A stretch of DNA of 39,777 bases from a bacterium (GTDB taxonomy: Bacteria > CG03), in contig JBDRMV010000059.1 of the NCBI GenBank assembly GCA_043811795.1, forward strand, positions 1-39,777, in the 5' to 3' direction. The position numbers and the translations under genes are program-made. Below, piece after piece: positions 17,558 to 26,439 of the stretch (positions within the stretch are counted from its first letter, which is position 1; the number at the start of each line of letters is the position of its first letter). Below the pieces are notes generated by a model that saw only the letters and a program-made list of their open reading frames with translations, ran no database searches and had not been told where the DNA came from.

Positions 17558-18339
17558 AGAAAATTCTGACGGAAGAAATACGGAATAAACGCCTTCCGCA
17601 CGCATACATTTTTGACGGGCCGGAGAAGGAAGTGAAAATTGCTGCTGCTGCGGAAATAGCGAAAATTCTTAACTGCGAAAACGGAACCGGCTGCGGCTGC
17701 TGTCCCGCCTGTCTTGAAATTTCAAACGGGCATCATCCCGACATTAAGGTCTATTCGTCGGAAACTTCCATAAAGATAGACGACATCCGCGAATTTATAA
17801 GATTTATGATTCTTTCAAGAATGACCGGAGCCTACAAAGTGGGCATAATAACCGAAGGAGAATTGCTGACCGAGGCTGCAGCCAACGCTCTTCTTAAAAT
17901 TCTTGAGGAGCCGCCGGAAAATTCCTGCATAATAATTATAACGTCAAACCTGTACACCCTGCTTGCCACAATCCGTTCGCGGTGTCAGATTTTAAGATTT
18001 CCCCCGTTCTTGAGCGGTTACGAAAGAATTGAATATGACAGAAAATTCGTGCGGGAAAGTATTGACGATAAAACAAACGGGAAATTCGGCAGGTTATTTA
18101 CCGCCCTCGACAGGTTTTTTGATGACCCTGAGAAGAGGGAAAAAACAGTCAATCTCGTAAAAGGTCTTCTCCTTGACGAAGCAGTAATGTTCAGGCAAAA
18201 CCCTTCCGGCCTTCTGGCGGTGGACGTCGCATACCTTCTTCAGTGTCTGAATATGTTAAAAAAACAGAGAATCCCGAAAGTCGTTTACAAGAGGATGATT
18301 TTTAACGGCGTTCCCTCCTCCGCCGGACTGGTGAAATGA
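17524..18339 (+). CDS. holB: DNA polymerase III delta' subunit
   Basis: LPHAYIFDGP, Cys-rich zinc module CENGTGCGCCPACLEISNGHHPD, LLKILEEPP, and SRC motif TIRSRCQIL. Lies between tmk and the PSP1 gene, as in many bacteria. Confidence 0.8.
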   Translation: MFEKTKIPENIKKILTEEIRNKRLPHAYIFDGPEKEVKIAAAAEIAKILNCENGTGCGCCPACLEISNGHHPDIKVYSSETSIKIDDIREFIRFMILSRMTGAYKVGIITEGELLTEAAANALLKILEEPPENSCIIIITSNLYTLLATIRSRCQILRFPPFLSGYERIEYDRKFVRESIDDKTNGKFGRLFTALDRFFDDPEKREKTVNLVKGLLLDEAVMFRQNPSGLLAVDVAYLLQCLNMLKKQRIPKVVYKRMIFNGVPSSAGLVK

Positions 18340-18929
18340 TTATAACGGTAAAGGCGGTTCTTTTGAGGGACAGAAGTTTTTCCTCTTACGTGTGCGGCGA
18401 GGTCTCTCCGGCGGTTAATGACTATATTCTTGTGAAGACCGAATACGGGCAGGAGGCCGCTGTCTGCAAAACGCTCCCCGAAAGCCCTCCTGTGCTAAAA
18501 CACCAGCTCCCGAATATAATAAGAAAATTAACGGGCGAGGATATGAAGCATCTGAAGGCGCTTGCGTTCGAGGAGGAAAAAGCGTTCCATGAGGTAAGAG
18601 AACTGGTTCAAAAATACTCGCTTCCGATGAAAATCTCAAAGGTCTGTTACACATTTGATAAGAGACGGGTTTTTGTTTATTATACCGCCTCATCCAGGGT
18701 CGATTTCAGAGCTCTTATAAAAGATATAAACACCGCTATCAGAATGCACGTGCAGATGGTTCAGGTGTCTTCTGCGGAATGCGCCAGAATTATAGGAGGT
18801 CTCGGTCCCTGCGGCCGGCCTTTTTGCTGCGCCATTTTCCAGAGAAGACATTCGAAACATACTTTTTCGTCAAAAACACTGGGGCCATGCGGGAAGGGCC
18901 TCTGCTGTTACTCTGCGCCGAATGAGTAA
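18336..18929 (+). CDS. PSP1 domain protein (RicT/YaaT-like)
   Basis: PSP1-like core (KVCYTFDKRRVFVYYTASSRVDFRALIKDI) and a Cys-rich tail (GPCGRPFCCAIF...GPCGKGLCCY). Conserved position after holB. ATGA overlap with holB. Confidence 0.75.
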   Translation: MIITVKAVLLRDRSFSSYVCGEVSPAVNDYILVKTEYGQEAAVCKTLPESPPVLKHQLPNIIRKLTGEDMKHLKALAFEEEKAFHEVRELVQKYSLPMKISKVCYTFDKRRVFVYYTASSRVDFRALIKDINTAIRMHVQMVQVSSAECARIIGGLGPCGRPFCCAIFQRRHSKHTFSSKTLGPCGKGLCCYSAPNE

Positions 18930-20454
18930 TTTTTATGTGACGACGCCGGCTTACTACGCTAATGCCGCTCTCCACATAGGGCATGCTTATTCAACTATCG
19001 CCTGCGATGTTTTGAAAAGATGGCACGAATTATTCGGAAGGCCGGTCTTTTTTCTTACGGGGATGGACGAGCACGGCGAAAAAATTTCCGGGTCGGCTCA
19101 GGCGCGAGGCCTCGCGCCGCAGGAGTGGGTTGACCGTTTGGCGTCGGAGGCGAAAGAACTCTGGAAGTTTCTTGAAATTTCGTATGATGATTTTATCAGA
19201 ACCACCGAAGACAGGCACACGAAGACGGTTGAGTTTATCTTCAGCAAACTTCTTAAAACCGGCGACATTTACCCCGCGACTTACGAAGGGCCATACTGCG
19301 TTATCTGCGAATCGTTTTTCTCTGAATTGCAGGTTAAGGATGCGGGCGGTAATTGTCCTGAATGCGGGAGACCTATTTCCGAAGTTAAATGTGAAAACGC
19401 ATATTTCTTCCGCCTGTCCCGGTATGAAAAAAAACTTCTTAAATACTACGAAGAAAATCCGGATTTTCTCACCCCCCCTGATAAAGCCAACAAGACCATA
19501 GATACGGTTTCAAGGGGTCTCAGGGATTTGTGCGTGACGAGAGCTACCGTAAAATGGGGAATACCCGTTCCGGAAGATAAGAGCAAAACCATTTATGTGT
19601 GGTTTGACGCGCTTATAAATTATATTTCCGCGGTAGGATACTCTTGCGACGAAGAAAAGTTTAATGCGTACTGGCCCGCCGATGTCCACATCGTCGGGAA
19701 GGAAATTTATTATTTTCACACGGTCGTCTGGCCCGCAATGCTCATGGCATGCGGTTTGAAACTTCCCGGAAGGGTTTTCGGCCACGGCTGGTGGACCGTT
19801 AAAAGCGGCAAGATGTCAAAGTCGAAAGGGAATATCATAACGCCGTATGAAATATGCAAAACATTTCCGGCTGATGTTTTGAGATTTTTCCTCCTGCGGG
19901 AAATGCCTTTCGGTTCGGACGGGGCTTTTTCTCTGAAACGCCTGGAGGCCAGGTATTCGGCCGACCTGGCGAATTCGCTCGGGAATCTTTTTCAGCGGGT
20001 TGAAGTTATGCTTAAAAAATTCTCCGCATCCTCAACGCCCGAAAATTGTTCTCTGAACGAGACGCTTGCCGGGAAAGAAAAAGAAGTCCTTGAAAAAGCG
20101 AAGGGTTTTATGGACGGGATTAAATTTTACGAAACATTGAATGTGATATGGGAACTGATAGACGATGCCAACAAGTTTATCGAGCAGAAAAAGCCGTGGG
20201 CGCTCGCGAAAGAAAAATCAAAAGAATTAAATGACGTGCTCTTTTCGCTTGTTGACGTTATGGGGTTTATCACTGAAATTCTTTCGCCGTTTATGCCCGC
20301 AAAGTGCGGAGAAATGGCCGAGCACCTCGGTATCGTAATTTCAGCGCCTGAAATCGGGAAATTTCCGAAAAATCATAAAATCCCCGGCGGAAAAATCCTT
20401 TTCCCGAACATGGAGATGGTTGGGGACAGGTCTGAACTGTCCCCTTCCTTATAA
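18922..20454 (+). CDS. metG: methionine--tRNA ligase (short form, no C-terminal tRNA-binding domain)
   Basis: HIGH-type LHIGHAYS, zinc knuckles CVICE...CPECG, KMSKSKGN. The last ~11 codons (..VGDRSELSPSL*) are encoded by a hairpin repeat also present at 23844-23882. Confidence 0.93.
   Translation: MSNFYVTTPAYYANAALHIGHAYSTIACDVLKRWHELFGRPVFFLTGMDEHGEKISGSAQARGLAPQEWVDRLASEAKELWKFLEISYDDFIRTTEDRHTKTVEFIFSKLLKTGDIYPATYEGPYCVICESFFSELQVKDAGGNCPECGRPISEVKCENAYFFRLSRYEKKLLKYYEENPDFLTPPDKANKTIDTVSRGLRDLCVTRATVKWGIPVPEDKSKTIYVWFDALINYISAVGYSCDEEKFNAYWPADVHIVGKEIYYFHTVVWPAMLMACGLKLPGRVFGHGWWTVKSGKMSKSKGNIITPYEICKTFPADVLRFFLLREMPFGSDGAFSLKRLEARYSADLANSLGNLFQRVEVMLKKFSASSTPENCSLNETLAGKEKEVLEKAKGFMDGIKFYETLNVIWELIDDANKFIEQKKPWALAKEKSKELNDVLFSLVDVMGFITEILSPFMPAKCGEMAEHLGIVISAPEIGKFPKNHKIPGGKILFPNMEMVGDRSELSPSL
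20418..20451 (+). repeat. GGGGACAG hairpin repeat, copy 1 (inside the last codons of metG)
   Basis: GGTTGGGGACAGGTCTGAACTGTCCCCTTCCTTA. Stem GGGGACAG (20422-20429) pairs with CTGTCCCC (20437-20444). It shares about 15 nt on the left and 18 nt on the right with 23844-23882. Confidence 0.8.
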
Positions 20455-20457
20455 AAA

Positions 20458-21033
20458 ATGATAAATTTTAAAGAATTTGAGGAAGCGGGCAGGGCTCTTT
20501 TTGAGGAGGGAATCATTCATTCTACATCCGGAAATTTCAGCCGGAGGGACGGCGACGTTTTTTACATAACGGCTCACGATTGTCTTCTCGGAAACATCAG
20601 GCCCGAAAACATCATAAGGGTAAACGTTTCGAATAAAAAACTTGACAGAGGAACTTCCGTCGAGGTCGATGTCCACAGGTCAATTTATAATGCAACGGAA
20701 TATCTTGCGGTTGTGCACGCCCATCCCGTTTTCGCGACGGTTCTCTCTTTTGGCGAAGATATTATAAAACCGGCCGACGCGGAAGGATTTTTTTATCTTC
20801 CGGCGGTTCCCGTCCTCGACGTCGTTGACACAATCGGTTCGGAGGGAGCGGTTCTGAAAATCCCGCCCGCCTTAAAAAAGTTTCCCGCCTGCATCGTGAG
20901 AAGTCACGGTTCCTGGGTTGCGGGCAAGTCGCTTTCCGACTGCTACAAAATGACTTCCGTTCTTGAAAGCGCCTGCAAGATTTTATACTATAAGAAAATA
21001 CTGGAAAAAATACCGAATGGAGGGAAAATATGA
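20458..21033 (+). CDS. class II aldolase/adducin-family protein (MtnB-like dehydratase or fuculose-phosphate-aldolase-like)
   Basis: STSGNFSRR, metal-His region VVHAHPVFATV, and a later SHG; 191 aa. Confidence 0.7.
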   Translation: MINFKEFEEAGRALFEEGIIHSTSGNFSRRDGDVFYITAHDCLLGNIRPENIIRVNVSNKKLDRGTSVEVDVHRSIYNATEYLAVVHAHPVFATVLSFGEDIIKPADAEGFFYLPAVPVLDVVDTIGSEGAVLKIPPALKKFPACIVRSHGSWVAGKSLSDCYKMTSVLESACKILYYKKILEKIPNGGKI

Positions 21034-21437
21034 GAAATCCTGTGATTGTTCTTGCCGTGATTGCGATAATTTTCGGAGTGTTCAACATCGTTCTGTGGCT
21101 CATCATCGTAAAAGGGAGTAAAGAAACCTCATCTCCGTCGGATGATTTGCAGAATCTGGTGTCCGCCTCCGAAAAACGGCTGACGGATACCCTTACGAGG
21201 TTGCTGACCGCTACAGCCCGGCCGGGTGCTGCCGACGCCAAAAAAATTGCCGCCGAGGTCGCCTCAGCGCTTAAAATCAGCGAGGTGAGGGGAATGAAAG
21301 AAGCCGTTGAGGATATTCCCCATAAACTTGATGAGATTTTACAGGGGTTAAAAAATGTAACGGAGGAACTTGATAAACAGAGAAATTTTATCGAGGCGCT
21401 GGACGGCCACATCGTTGAAAGCGAAAGACGGGGCTGA
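21030..21437 (+). CDS. small membrane-anchored coiled-coil protein
   Basis: N-terminal TM (VIVLAVIAIIFGVFNIVLWLIIV), then a charged helical region. ATGA overlap with the upstream gene. No family recognised. Confidence 0.5.
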   Translation: MRNPVIVLAVIAIIFGVFNIVLWLIIVKGSKETSSPSDDLQNLVSASEKRLTDTLTRLLTATARPGAADAKKIAAEVASALKISEVRGMKEAVEDIPHKLDEILQGLKNVTEELDKQRNFIEALDGHIVESERRG

Positions 21438-21447
21438 GGAGAAAAGT

Positions 21448-21867
21448 ATGACCAAAGCAAAAGTTTTCGGAACGGCAAAAAAAGTCCTTTTCGGGATGAT
21501 TATAACGGTTAATGTGGCGCTTGTCGGGGTTTCCGTCTGGATTTTGGCTTCTTCCACCGGGCGGACCAGCGAACCTCTCATGCCTGGTGAAAAAGCCGCC
21601 CCGGGCGAAGTTTACGGGGAAAAAATCAGGAAAGAAAAAAATGCGGCGTATATTTCGCTGAACACCCGTCCGGCGGGCGCCAAGGTTTTCATAAACGGAT
21701 ATTTTAAGGCAAGAACTCCGGCGGATATAAAAATTGCTTCCGTTACGGAAGTCCCGAGGCAGTACTCAATCAATCTGGTATTGCCCGGTTATCAGAGCTG
21801 GGCAAAAAATGTTGTTCTTACAAGAGGAAAAACAAAAGAGTTTTCGGTAAAACTTGCCAAAAAGTAA
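21448..21867 (+). CDS. membrane-anchored PEGA-domain protein
   Basis: ATG 21448 is preceded by GAGGAGAAAAGT; the ORF-track start at 21370 overlaps the previous gene. TM: LFGMIITVNVALVGVSVWILA. C-terminal YISLNTRPAGAKVFINGYFKARTPADIKI matches the PEGA pattern. Confidence 0.62.
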   Translation: MTKAKVFGTAKKVLFGMIITVNVALVGVSVWILASSTGRTSEPLMPGEKAAPGEVYGEKIRKEKNAAYISLNTRPAGAKVFINGYFKARTPADIKIASVTEVPRQYSINLVLPGYQSWAKNVVLTRGKTKEFSVKLAKK

Positions 21868-21870
21868 TAC

Positions 21871-23844
21871 ATGCGAACGGTTTTCTCCGTCCTTGCCGTT
21901 TCAGGCATTCTGGGTTTTATAGCGCCCTGCAGAGTTTTTTCATACAGCATACTCATTGACGCATCCTGCGCCTCGCCGGAGCAGATTCCGGGCTGCATTA
22001 ATTTCATTGTCGAAACGAGAGACAGCCCTTACAGCATTGTTCTTCCTGACGGGATGGAGCCGTGGGAGGAAAAAATCGTTCACGCTCTCGGTGAGAAATC
22101 GAATTATAGAATTGTTTGTAAGATGAAACCGCAGATATGGCTGAGGGGGGTGGAAACGCTCGGGGTTTCCGACGTCGACGATATTTTTATAAAAACGGGG
22201 CGAAGGTTTTCGAAGGTCTCAGGGGCTCCGCCCGGGGAAATTTTTATCGGACCTCAAACGGTAGACGAAGAAACGGCAGTAAGAATTAAGAGGCACGGCG
22301 TTGAAACGGTTTACTGCGCCGCTGCGGCCGGAAATTCGGGATGCAGCGTGTCCGGATTGAATGTTGCCTCGTGCCGCCGCGTGGATAATCCGGAGTCCGC
22401 CTTCGGGAATATTCTTTACGACAAGACGGATTCATTTGACGAACTGGAAAAATTCCTGAAAGCAAATCCTCCGGTTCCCTTCGATTTTTCAACCCCGTCT
22501 TCCACGGAACCCGTAAAGGGGATTGTTTTGGACAGTGTGAATTTAAAACTGTGGGAACTCTTCGGGAACTCGCGCAGGGCTCTTGATAATTATAAGAACT
22601 CGGGGAGCGCCGAGGGTGAAAAACTCTCCGCCGCTCTTGAGATTGTGTATTCCATCGAAGATGTTTCCAACTGGAAGGACAATGTCAATACCGGCAGGAT
22701 TTTCCACAGCATTTCGGATATCTATAATCTGATAGGGACAAATCCTCCGTATGAATTCGGAAGCATTTCGGATATTTTTTTTGACGACTTGAAAGAACTT
22801 CCGGTGAGTGTTGAGGTCCCCGGGTTTGAATATTCAATCGGCGAAAAAGACGGATTCCTGCATATAGCCGGTTTTTTTGAGACGGCATTTTCAACTTCGA
22901 TCCCCTTGGAAATTTACTGGTGGAATCCGGCAATGATTTTTTCCGCGCGGGAAGGTATTTCCGGCGATGCCCTGAGCAGCCCCGTAAACTTCTGTCTTTT
23001 TCTCACGGACAAATGTTATTTTTATTCTTCATCAAGGGACGGCTGGCAGCGACTCTGGAGCGTGTTCGACGTGGAGAGAAGTTCAAAAACATTTTTAATC
23101 AAAGTTCCCCTCTCGTATTTTCAGCTCGCGAAAAAAAGCAGCGTGTCGTTTCTTATGAAGTTTGACGATTATTTAACGGGGCCTCTTGCGGTTTCGCTCC
23201 CGGAGAGTTACATTTACAAGAAATGGCTTGATATGGTGGGGGATGCCAAAGGCCCGGGGTGGTATGAAATGCCCGTCGATGTGCCGTCGGGTATGGGGGA
23301 CATAATGTCCGTTTCAGCGTGGGAAAATTCAAGCAGGTCCTTTTTCCAGTTTTACTTTGCAGGACCTCTCTGGGACGAAAAATGGTCCGCTGGTTTTGAT
23401 CTTTACATTGATATAAACGGCATAAAAAAAAGAGGGAACGGCGCCTGCAGGCAGGGCCTGAACTGCTGGGTTTCCGAAAATGCGTTCTGGGAGTTCTGTC
23501 TGTCGGTCAGCCCCTCCGGCGCTGTTCTTTCAGAAAGCGGGAAAAAAACAGACGTTTCCCTGAAGTTTGATTCTTCAAAAAGAATTGCGACCGTTGAACT
23601 TGATAAAGATGTCTTCGCCGGCGGCCTGCAGAAGTGCCAGTTTACCTTCTGCAGTTATCTTCTCGATGCGAATGACATTCTGGAAGTTAAAGAAGTCCTG
23701 GACGAGGGGCATCCCGGGGGAGGGAAGCCGTCTCTTAAGTCGCCGAATGTTCTTGACATAATTGCGGGGAGCTCCTTGCAGCAGAAGCAGGTTTTAGGCG
23801 ATTATTTGACGAAGCGCGGCGTTCAGATCCCGGCCCTGCCATAG
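21871..23844 (+). CDS. secreted protein with a C-terminal glucodextranase-C-like beta-sandwich (possible degenerate GH57-like middle region)
   Basis: Signal peptide. The C-terminal part, GDAKGPGWYEMPVDVPSGMGDIMSVSAWENSSRSFFQFYFAGPL...GFDLYIDING, follows the D..GPG.Y.YP...G.fD...f.v pattern of the Glucodextran_C module. No catalytic motif was recognised. Confidence 0.45.
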   Translation: MRTVFSVLAVSGILGFIAPCRVFSYSILIDASCASPEQIPGCINFIVETRDSPYSIVLPDGMEPWEEKIVHALGEKSNYRIVCKMKPQIWLRGVETLGVSDVDDIFIKTGRRFSKVSGAPPGEIFIGPQTVDEETAVRIKRHGVETVYCAAAAGNSGCSVSGLNVASCRRVDNPESAFGNILYDKTDSFDELEKFLKANPPVPFDFSTPSSTEPVKGIVLDSVNLKLWELFGNSRRALDNYKNSGSAEGEKLSAALEIVYSIEDVSNWKDNVNTGRIFHSISDIYNLIGTNPPYEFGSISDIFFDDLKELPVSVEVPGFEYSIGEKDGFLHIAGFFETAFSTSIPLEIYWWNPAMIFSAREGISGDALSSPVNFCLFLTDKCYFYSSSRDGWQRLWSVFDVERSSKTFLIKVPLSYFQLAKKSSVSFLMKFDDYLTGPLAVSLPESYIYKKWLDMVGDAKGPGWYEMPVDVPSGMGDIMSVSAWENSSRSFFQFYFAGPLWDEKWSAGFDLYIDINGIKKRGNGACRQGLNCWVSENAFWEFCLSVSPSGAVLSESGKKTDVSLKFDSSKRIATVELDKDVFAGGLQKCQFTFCSYLLDANDILEVKEVLDEGHPGGGKPSLKSPNVLDIIAGSSLQQKQVLGDYLTKRGVQIPALP

Positions 23845-23882
23845 TTGGGGACAGGTCTTGAAAAGCCCTGTCCCCTTCCTTA
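23844..23882 (+). repeat. GGGGACAGG hairpin repeat, copy 2 (immediately after the stop of the 657-aa gene)
   Basis: GTTGGGGACAGGTCTTGAAAAGCCCTGTCCCCTTCCTTA. Stem 23847-23855 pairs with 23867-23875. Possible terminator or RNA-stability element, but there is no U-run. Confidence 0.8.
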
Positions 23883-23895
23883 AAGGGGGAAAGTT

Positions 23896-23940
23896 ATGAA
23901 AAGATTAAACCTGCCGGTTGCGCTTATTTTTGATGAGTAA
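23896..23940 (+). CDS. possible 14-codon upstream ORF (MKRLNLPVALIFDE*) coupled to the O-antigen-ligase-like gene
   Basis: AAAGGGGGAAAGTT precedes ATG 23896. Its TAA (23938-23940) overlaps the ATG at 23933 of the main gene, which has no Shine-Dalgarno sequence of its own. Confidence 0.2.
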   Translation: MKRLNLPVALIFDE

Positions 23941-25663
23941 AAACAAAAAAAAAGTTAAGGGTGCGGTTCCAGTGAAAGAGGAAAAAATATACAATATTTT
24001 TATTTTTGTTCTTTTTGCGCTTTTCTTTTTGAGCACCGCTTTTCTCATAGACGTAAAGCACTACCGGCTGAAACTCATTGCAATGGAAATCGGCGCGCTG
24101 ACATTTATTGTCGTCTTTTTAATGACCTCTGTTTTCAAAAAAATGGTTCTGTGGAAAAAGAGCCCCCTTGACCTGTGGGTCGCCCTTTTCTTCGGCTATG
24201 TTCTGATTAGATACCTGACGTTTTCGGATAAAAATGTTGCGAGAATGGAAATGGAAAAAAACTTTTTATGCTTTGGATTATTCTTTGGAATCAGCCAGAA
24301 TATCTTAAAGCAGCAGGTTAAGAAAATTCTAAAAATCTTTGCGATATCGGCAATTTTAGTTGCAATATATGGCCTCTGGCAGAATTTCGGGACTCCTGTT
24401 TGGGTGTTCAATGTTCCGCACATTTCCCCGCCTTACGCAACGTTCGGAAACCAGAATTTTTTCGCGGCGTACCTTGTTATAGCGCTCCCCATGGCGTTTC
24501 TTTTTTTAAAAGAAAAGAATGGTTACTTAAAGTTTATCGGCTTTGCCGGAGTGCTCATTTTTGCGCTTGGTTTATATTACGCGGGAAGCCGGGGAGGGAT
24601 TCTGGCGGCATTTGCGGGTGTAATGGTTTTCCTGCTCGCAAAGTACGGGAAGAGAATAAAATATCTGAAAATAATACTGGTTCTGGTTTTATTGTGCGCG
24701 CTTGCGGCGGGATATCTTAAGCGTTCATTCTGGCTGCGCGATACCCATCGTAAACTGATATGGCAGGATACGATAAGAATGGCTCTGAAGAATCCTTTTG
24801 GCGTCGGCCCGGGGGCTTTTGCCTCAAGTTTCCCCGATTATGCTTCGGACAAACTCAAGAAAGTTTATCCCCAGAATAAGTTTATCGTCAATTTTGCCCA
24901 CAACGAATATCTTGAAATTTTTTCGGAACTCGGCTTGCCGGGTTTGTTTCTTTTTCTGATGATTATTGTTACTTTTTTCAGGAAATCAAAAAATCCCTAT
25001 CTTCTGGCATCTGCCGCCGGCATTCTCGTTCACAACATTTTTTCGGTGAACATGCGGTTTATAATTTCGGCGGGCTTCCTTTATTTTATTTTCGCCGTTT
25101 TCAGAGCGGAGAACTCTGAAGACCGCAGAATAAATTTGGAGGGCTCGGCGCCGGTTATTCCGTTTGTTCTGGCTGCGGCATTAACCGTTTTTTTTGTTCC
25201 GCAGATTTTCAAGCCCATAAAAGCCCTTAAAATCACCTCGTCCGAGCCGGATTTTTTCGAGGACGTGAAAGCGGAGGAAATAAAAAAACTTGAAAACAAA
25301 TTGAGCGCAAATCCGAAGGACTACGATACCCTTTACCGTATCGGGTGGTTTTACGCAAAGAAAAAAAACTTCAGGACGGCTGTTGACTATTTTATGAAGG
25401 CGTCGGAAGTCAGGCCGACGCCGGGCCTGTGGAACAACATCGGCAATATTTTCTTTGAAACGGGCGACCGTCCGCGGGCGATTCAGGCTTATAAGAATGC
25501 TCTTTCCATGAATCCGGAACTGATTGACGCCCATTTCAATCTCGGTTACACATATTTTTACGAGGGGCGCCTGGGCGAGTCGGCCGCCTGTTTCAACGAG
25601 GTTCTGAAGCGCGACAAAAATAACGCGAAGGCGATTGTGATGCTCGAGAAGATGAAAGAATAA
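23933..25663 (+). CDS. O-antigen ligase/polymerase-like (Wzy_C) polytopic membrane protein with a C-terminal TPR domain
   Basis: About 10 or more TM segments. Wzy_C-type loop: YYAGSRGG...FAHNEYLEIFSELGLPGL. C-terminal TPRs: YRIGWFYAKKKNFRTAVDYFMKASEVRP, GNIFFETGDRPRAIQAYKNALSMNP, LGYTYFYEGRLGESAACFNEVLKRD. ATG 23933 is preferred over the TTG 23918 ORF-track start. Confidence 0.78.
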   Translation: MSKNKKKVKGAVPVKEEKIYNIFIFVLFALFFLSTAFLIDVKHYRLKLIAMEIGALTFIVVFLMTSVFKKMVLWKKSPLDLWVALFFGYVLIRYLTFSDKNVARMEMEKNFLCFGLFFGISQNILKQQVKKILKIFAISAILVAIYGLWQNFGTPVWVFNVPHISPPYATFGNQNFFAAYLVIALPMAFLFLKEKNGYLKFIGFAGVLIFALGLYYAGSRGGILAAFAGVMVFLLAKYGKRIKYLKIILVLVLLCALAAGYLKRSFWLRDTHRKLIWQDTIRMALKNPFGVGPGAFASSFPDYASDKLKKVYPQNKFIVNFAHNEYLEIFSELGLPGLFLFLMIIVTFFRKSKNPYLLASAAGILVHNIFSVNMRFIISAGFLYFIFAVFRAENSEDRRINLEGSAPVIPFVLAAALTVFFVPQIFKPIKALKITSSEPDFFEDVKAEEIKKLENKLSANPKDYDTLYRIGWFYAKKKNFRTAVDYFMKASEVRPTPGLWNNIGNIFFETGDRPRAIQAYKNALSMNPELIDAHFNLGYTYFYEGRLGESAACFNEVLKRDKNNAKAIVMLEKMKE

Positions 25664-25674
25664 TCCATAAGAAA

Positions 25675-26439
25675 ATGGAAAATAAAAATTTAGCCGAAAG
25701 GATTTTAGAAGCAAATTGCATCCTCCCCGCCGATGTGCTGTTCTTTCTGAAAAAAGCAAAAAGAACGGAGACGTCAAAAAAAGGAAAAAAGTTCCTTGAA
25801 ATGGTTTTTGAAAACATTGCGGTTGCGGGAGAAAAAAAATTCCCCCTCTGCCAGGATACGGGGATTGTTTCCTTTTATGTTCCGCACAAATACGGCGGGG
25901 AATTTTTGAGGCGGCAGACCTTTCTCGCCTATAAAGAGTTGAGAAATTCGCAGGTCGACAGACCTTTCGACGGGAAAGTTGATAAAAGAAATCTCCCCGA
26001 TATACATTATTCCGACGGTTCAGGTAAAGGAAAGTTTATTGTCAGGGGCGGCGGTTCTTTGAACTGCACCGCATTGATTATGGCGAATCCGTCTTCCACA
26101 GGGGATGAAATCATCCGCCTTGTTGCGGACAGTGTTGCGGAAAAAGCCCCGTATTGCTGTCCGCCCGTCTTTGTCGGCATCGGTCTCGGCGGCACGCCGT
26201 CCGGCGCCCTGCTTTTAAGCGAGGAGATTCTGACACAGGATTTAAGGGGAAGAAGCACTAAGACGGAGAAAAAAATTCTAACCGAAATAAATAAAAGCGG
26301 CATCGGACCCGGCGGATGGGGAGGGAAAAACACCGCTCTCTGCGTTAAAATAAAGGAACTTCCGTCTCACATGGCAACCCTGTCCGTGGGTATAACGATT
26401 TCCTGCTGGTGCCTGCGGAAAGGAAACGTATATGGATAA
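25675..26439 (+). CDS. Fe-S type hydro-lyase alpha subunit (class I fumarate hydratase / L-tartrate dehydratase N-terminal domain)
   Basis: FPLCQDTGIV, GGGSLNC, and APYCCPPVFVGIGLGGT, so the Cys ligand pattern is present. No beta-subunit gene is adjacent. Confidence 0.75.
   Translation: MENKNLAERILEANCILPADVLFFLKKAKRTETSKKGKKFLEMVFENIAVAGEKKFPLCQDTGIVSFYVPHKYGGEFLRRQTFLAYKELRNSQVDRPFDGKVDKRNLPDIHYSDGSGKGKFIVRGGGSLNCTALIMANPSSTGDEIIRLVADSVAEKAPYCCPPVFVGIGLGGTPSGALLLSEEILTQDLRGRSTKTEKKILTEINKSGIGPGGWGGKNTALCVKIKELPSHMATLSVGITISCWCLRKGNVYG

Noticed and set aside
20762-21478. 238-aa minus-strand ORF
   Set aside because: It is Ser/Arg/Pro-rich and low-complexity, and it lies antisense to two plus-strand genes joined by an ATGA overlap, one with clear aldolase motifs. 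It is most likely a shadow ORF.
25181-25777. 198-aa minus-strand ORF over the 3' end of the O-antigen-ligase-like gene
   Set aside because: The plus-strand frame encodes well-formed TPR repeats, and the antisense ORF spans an intergenic gap and two genes.
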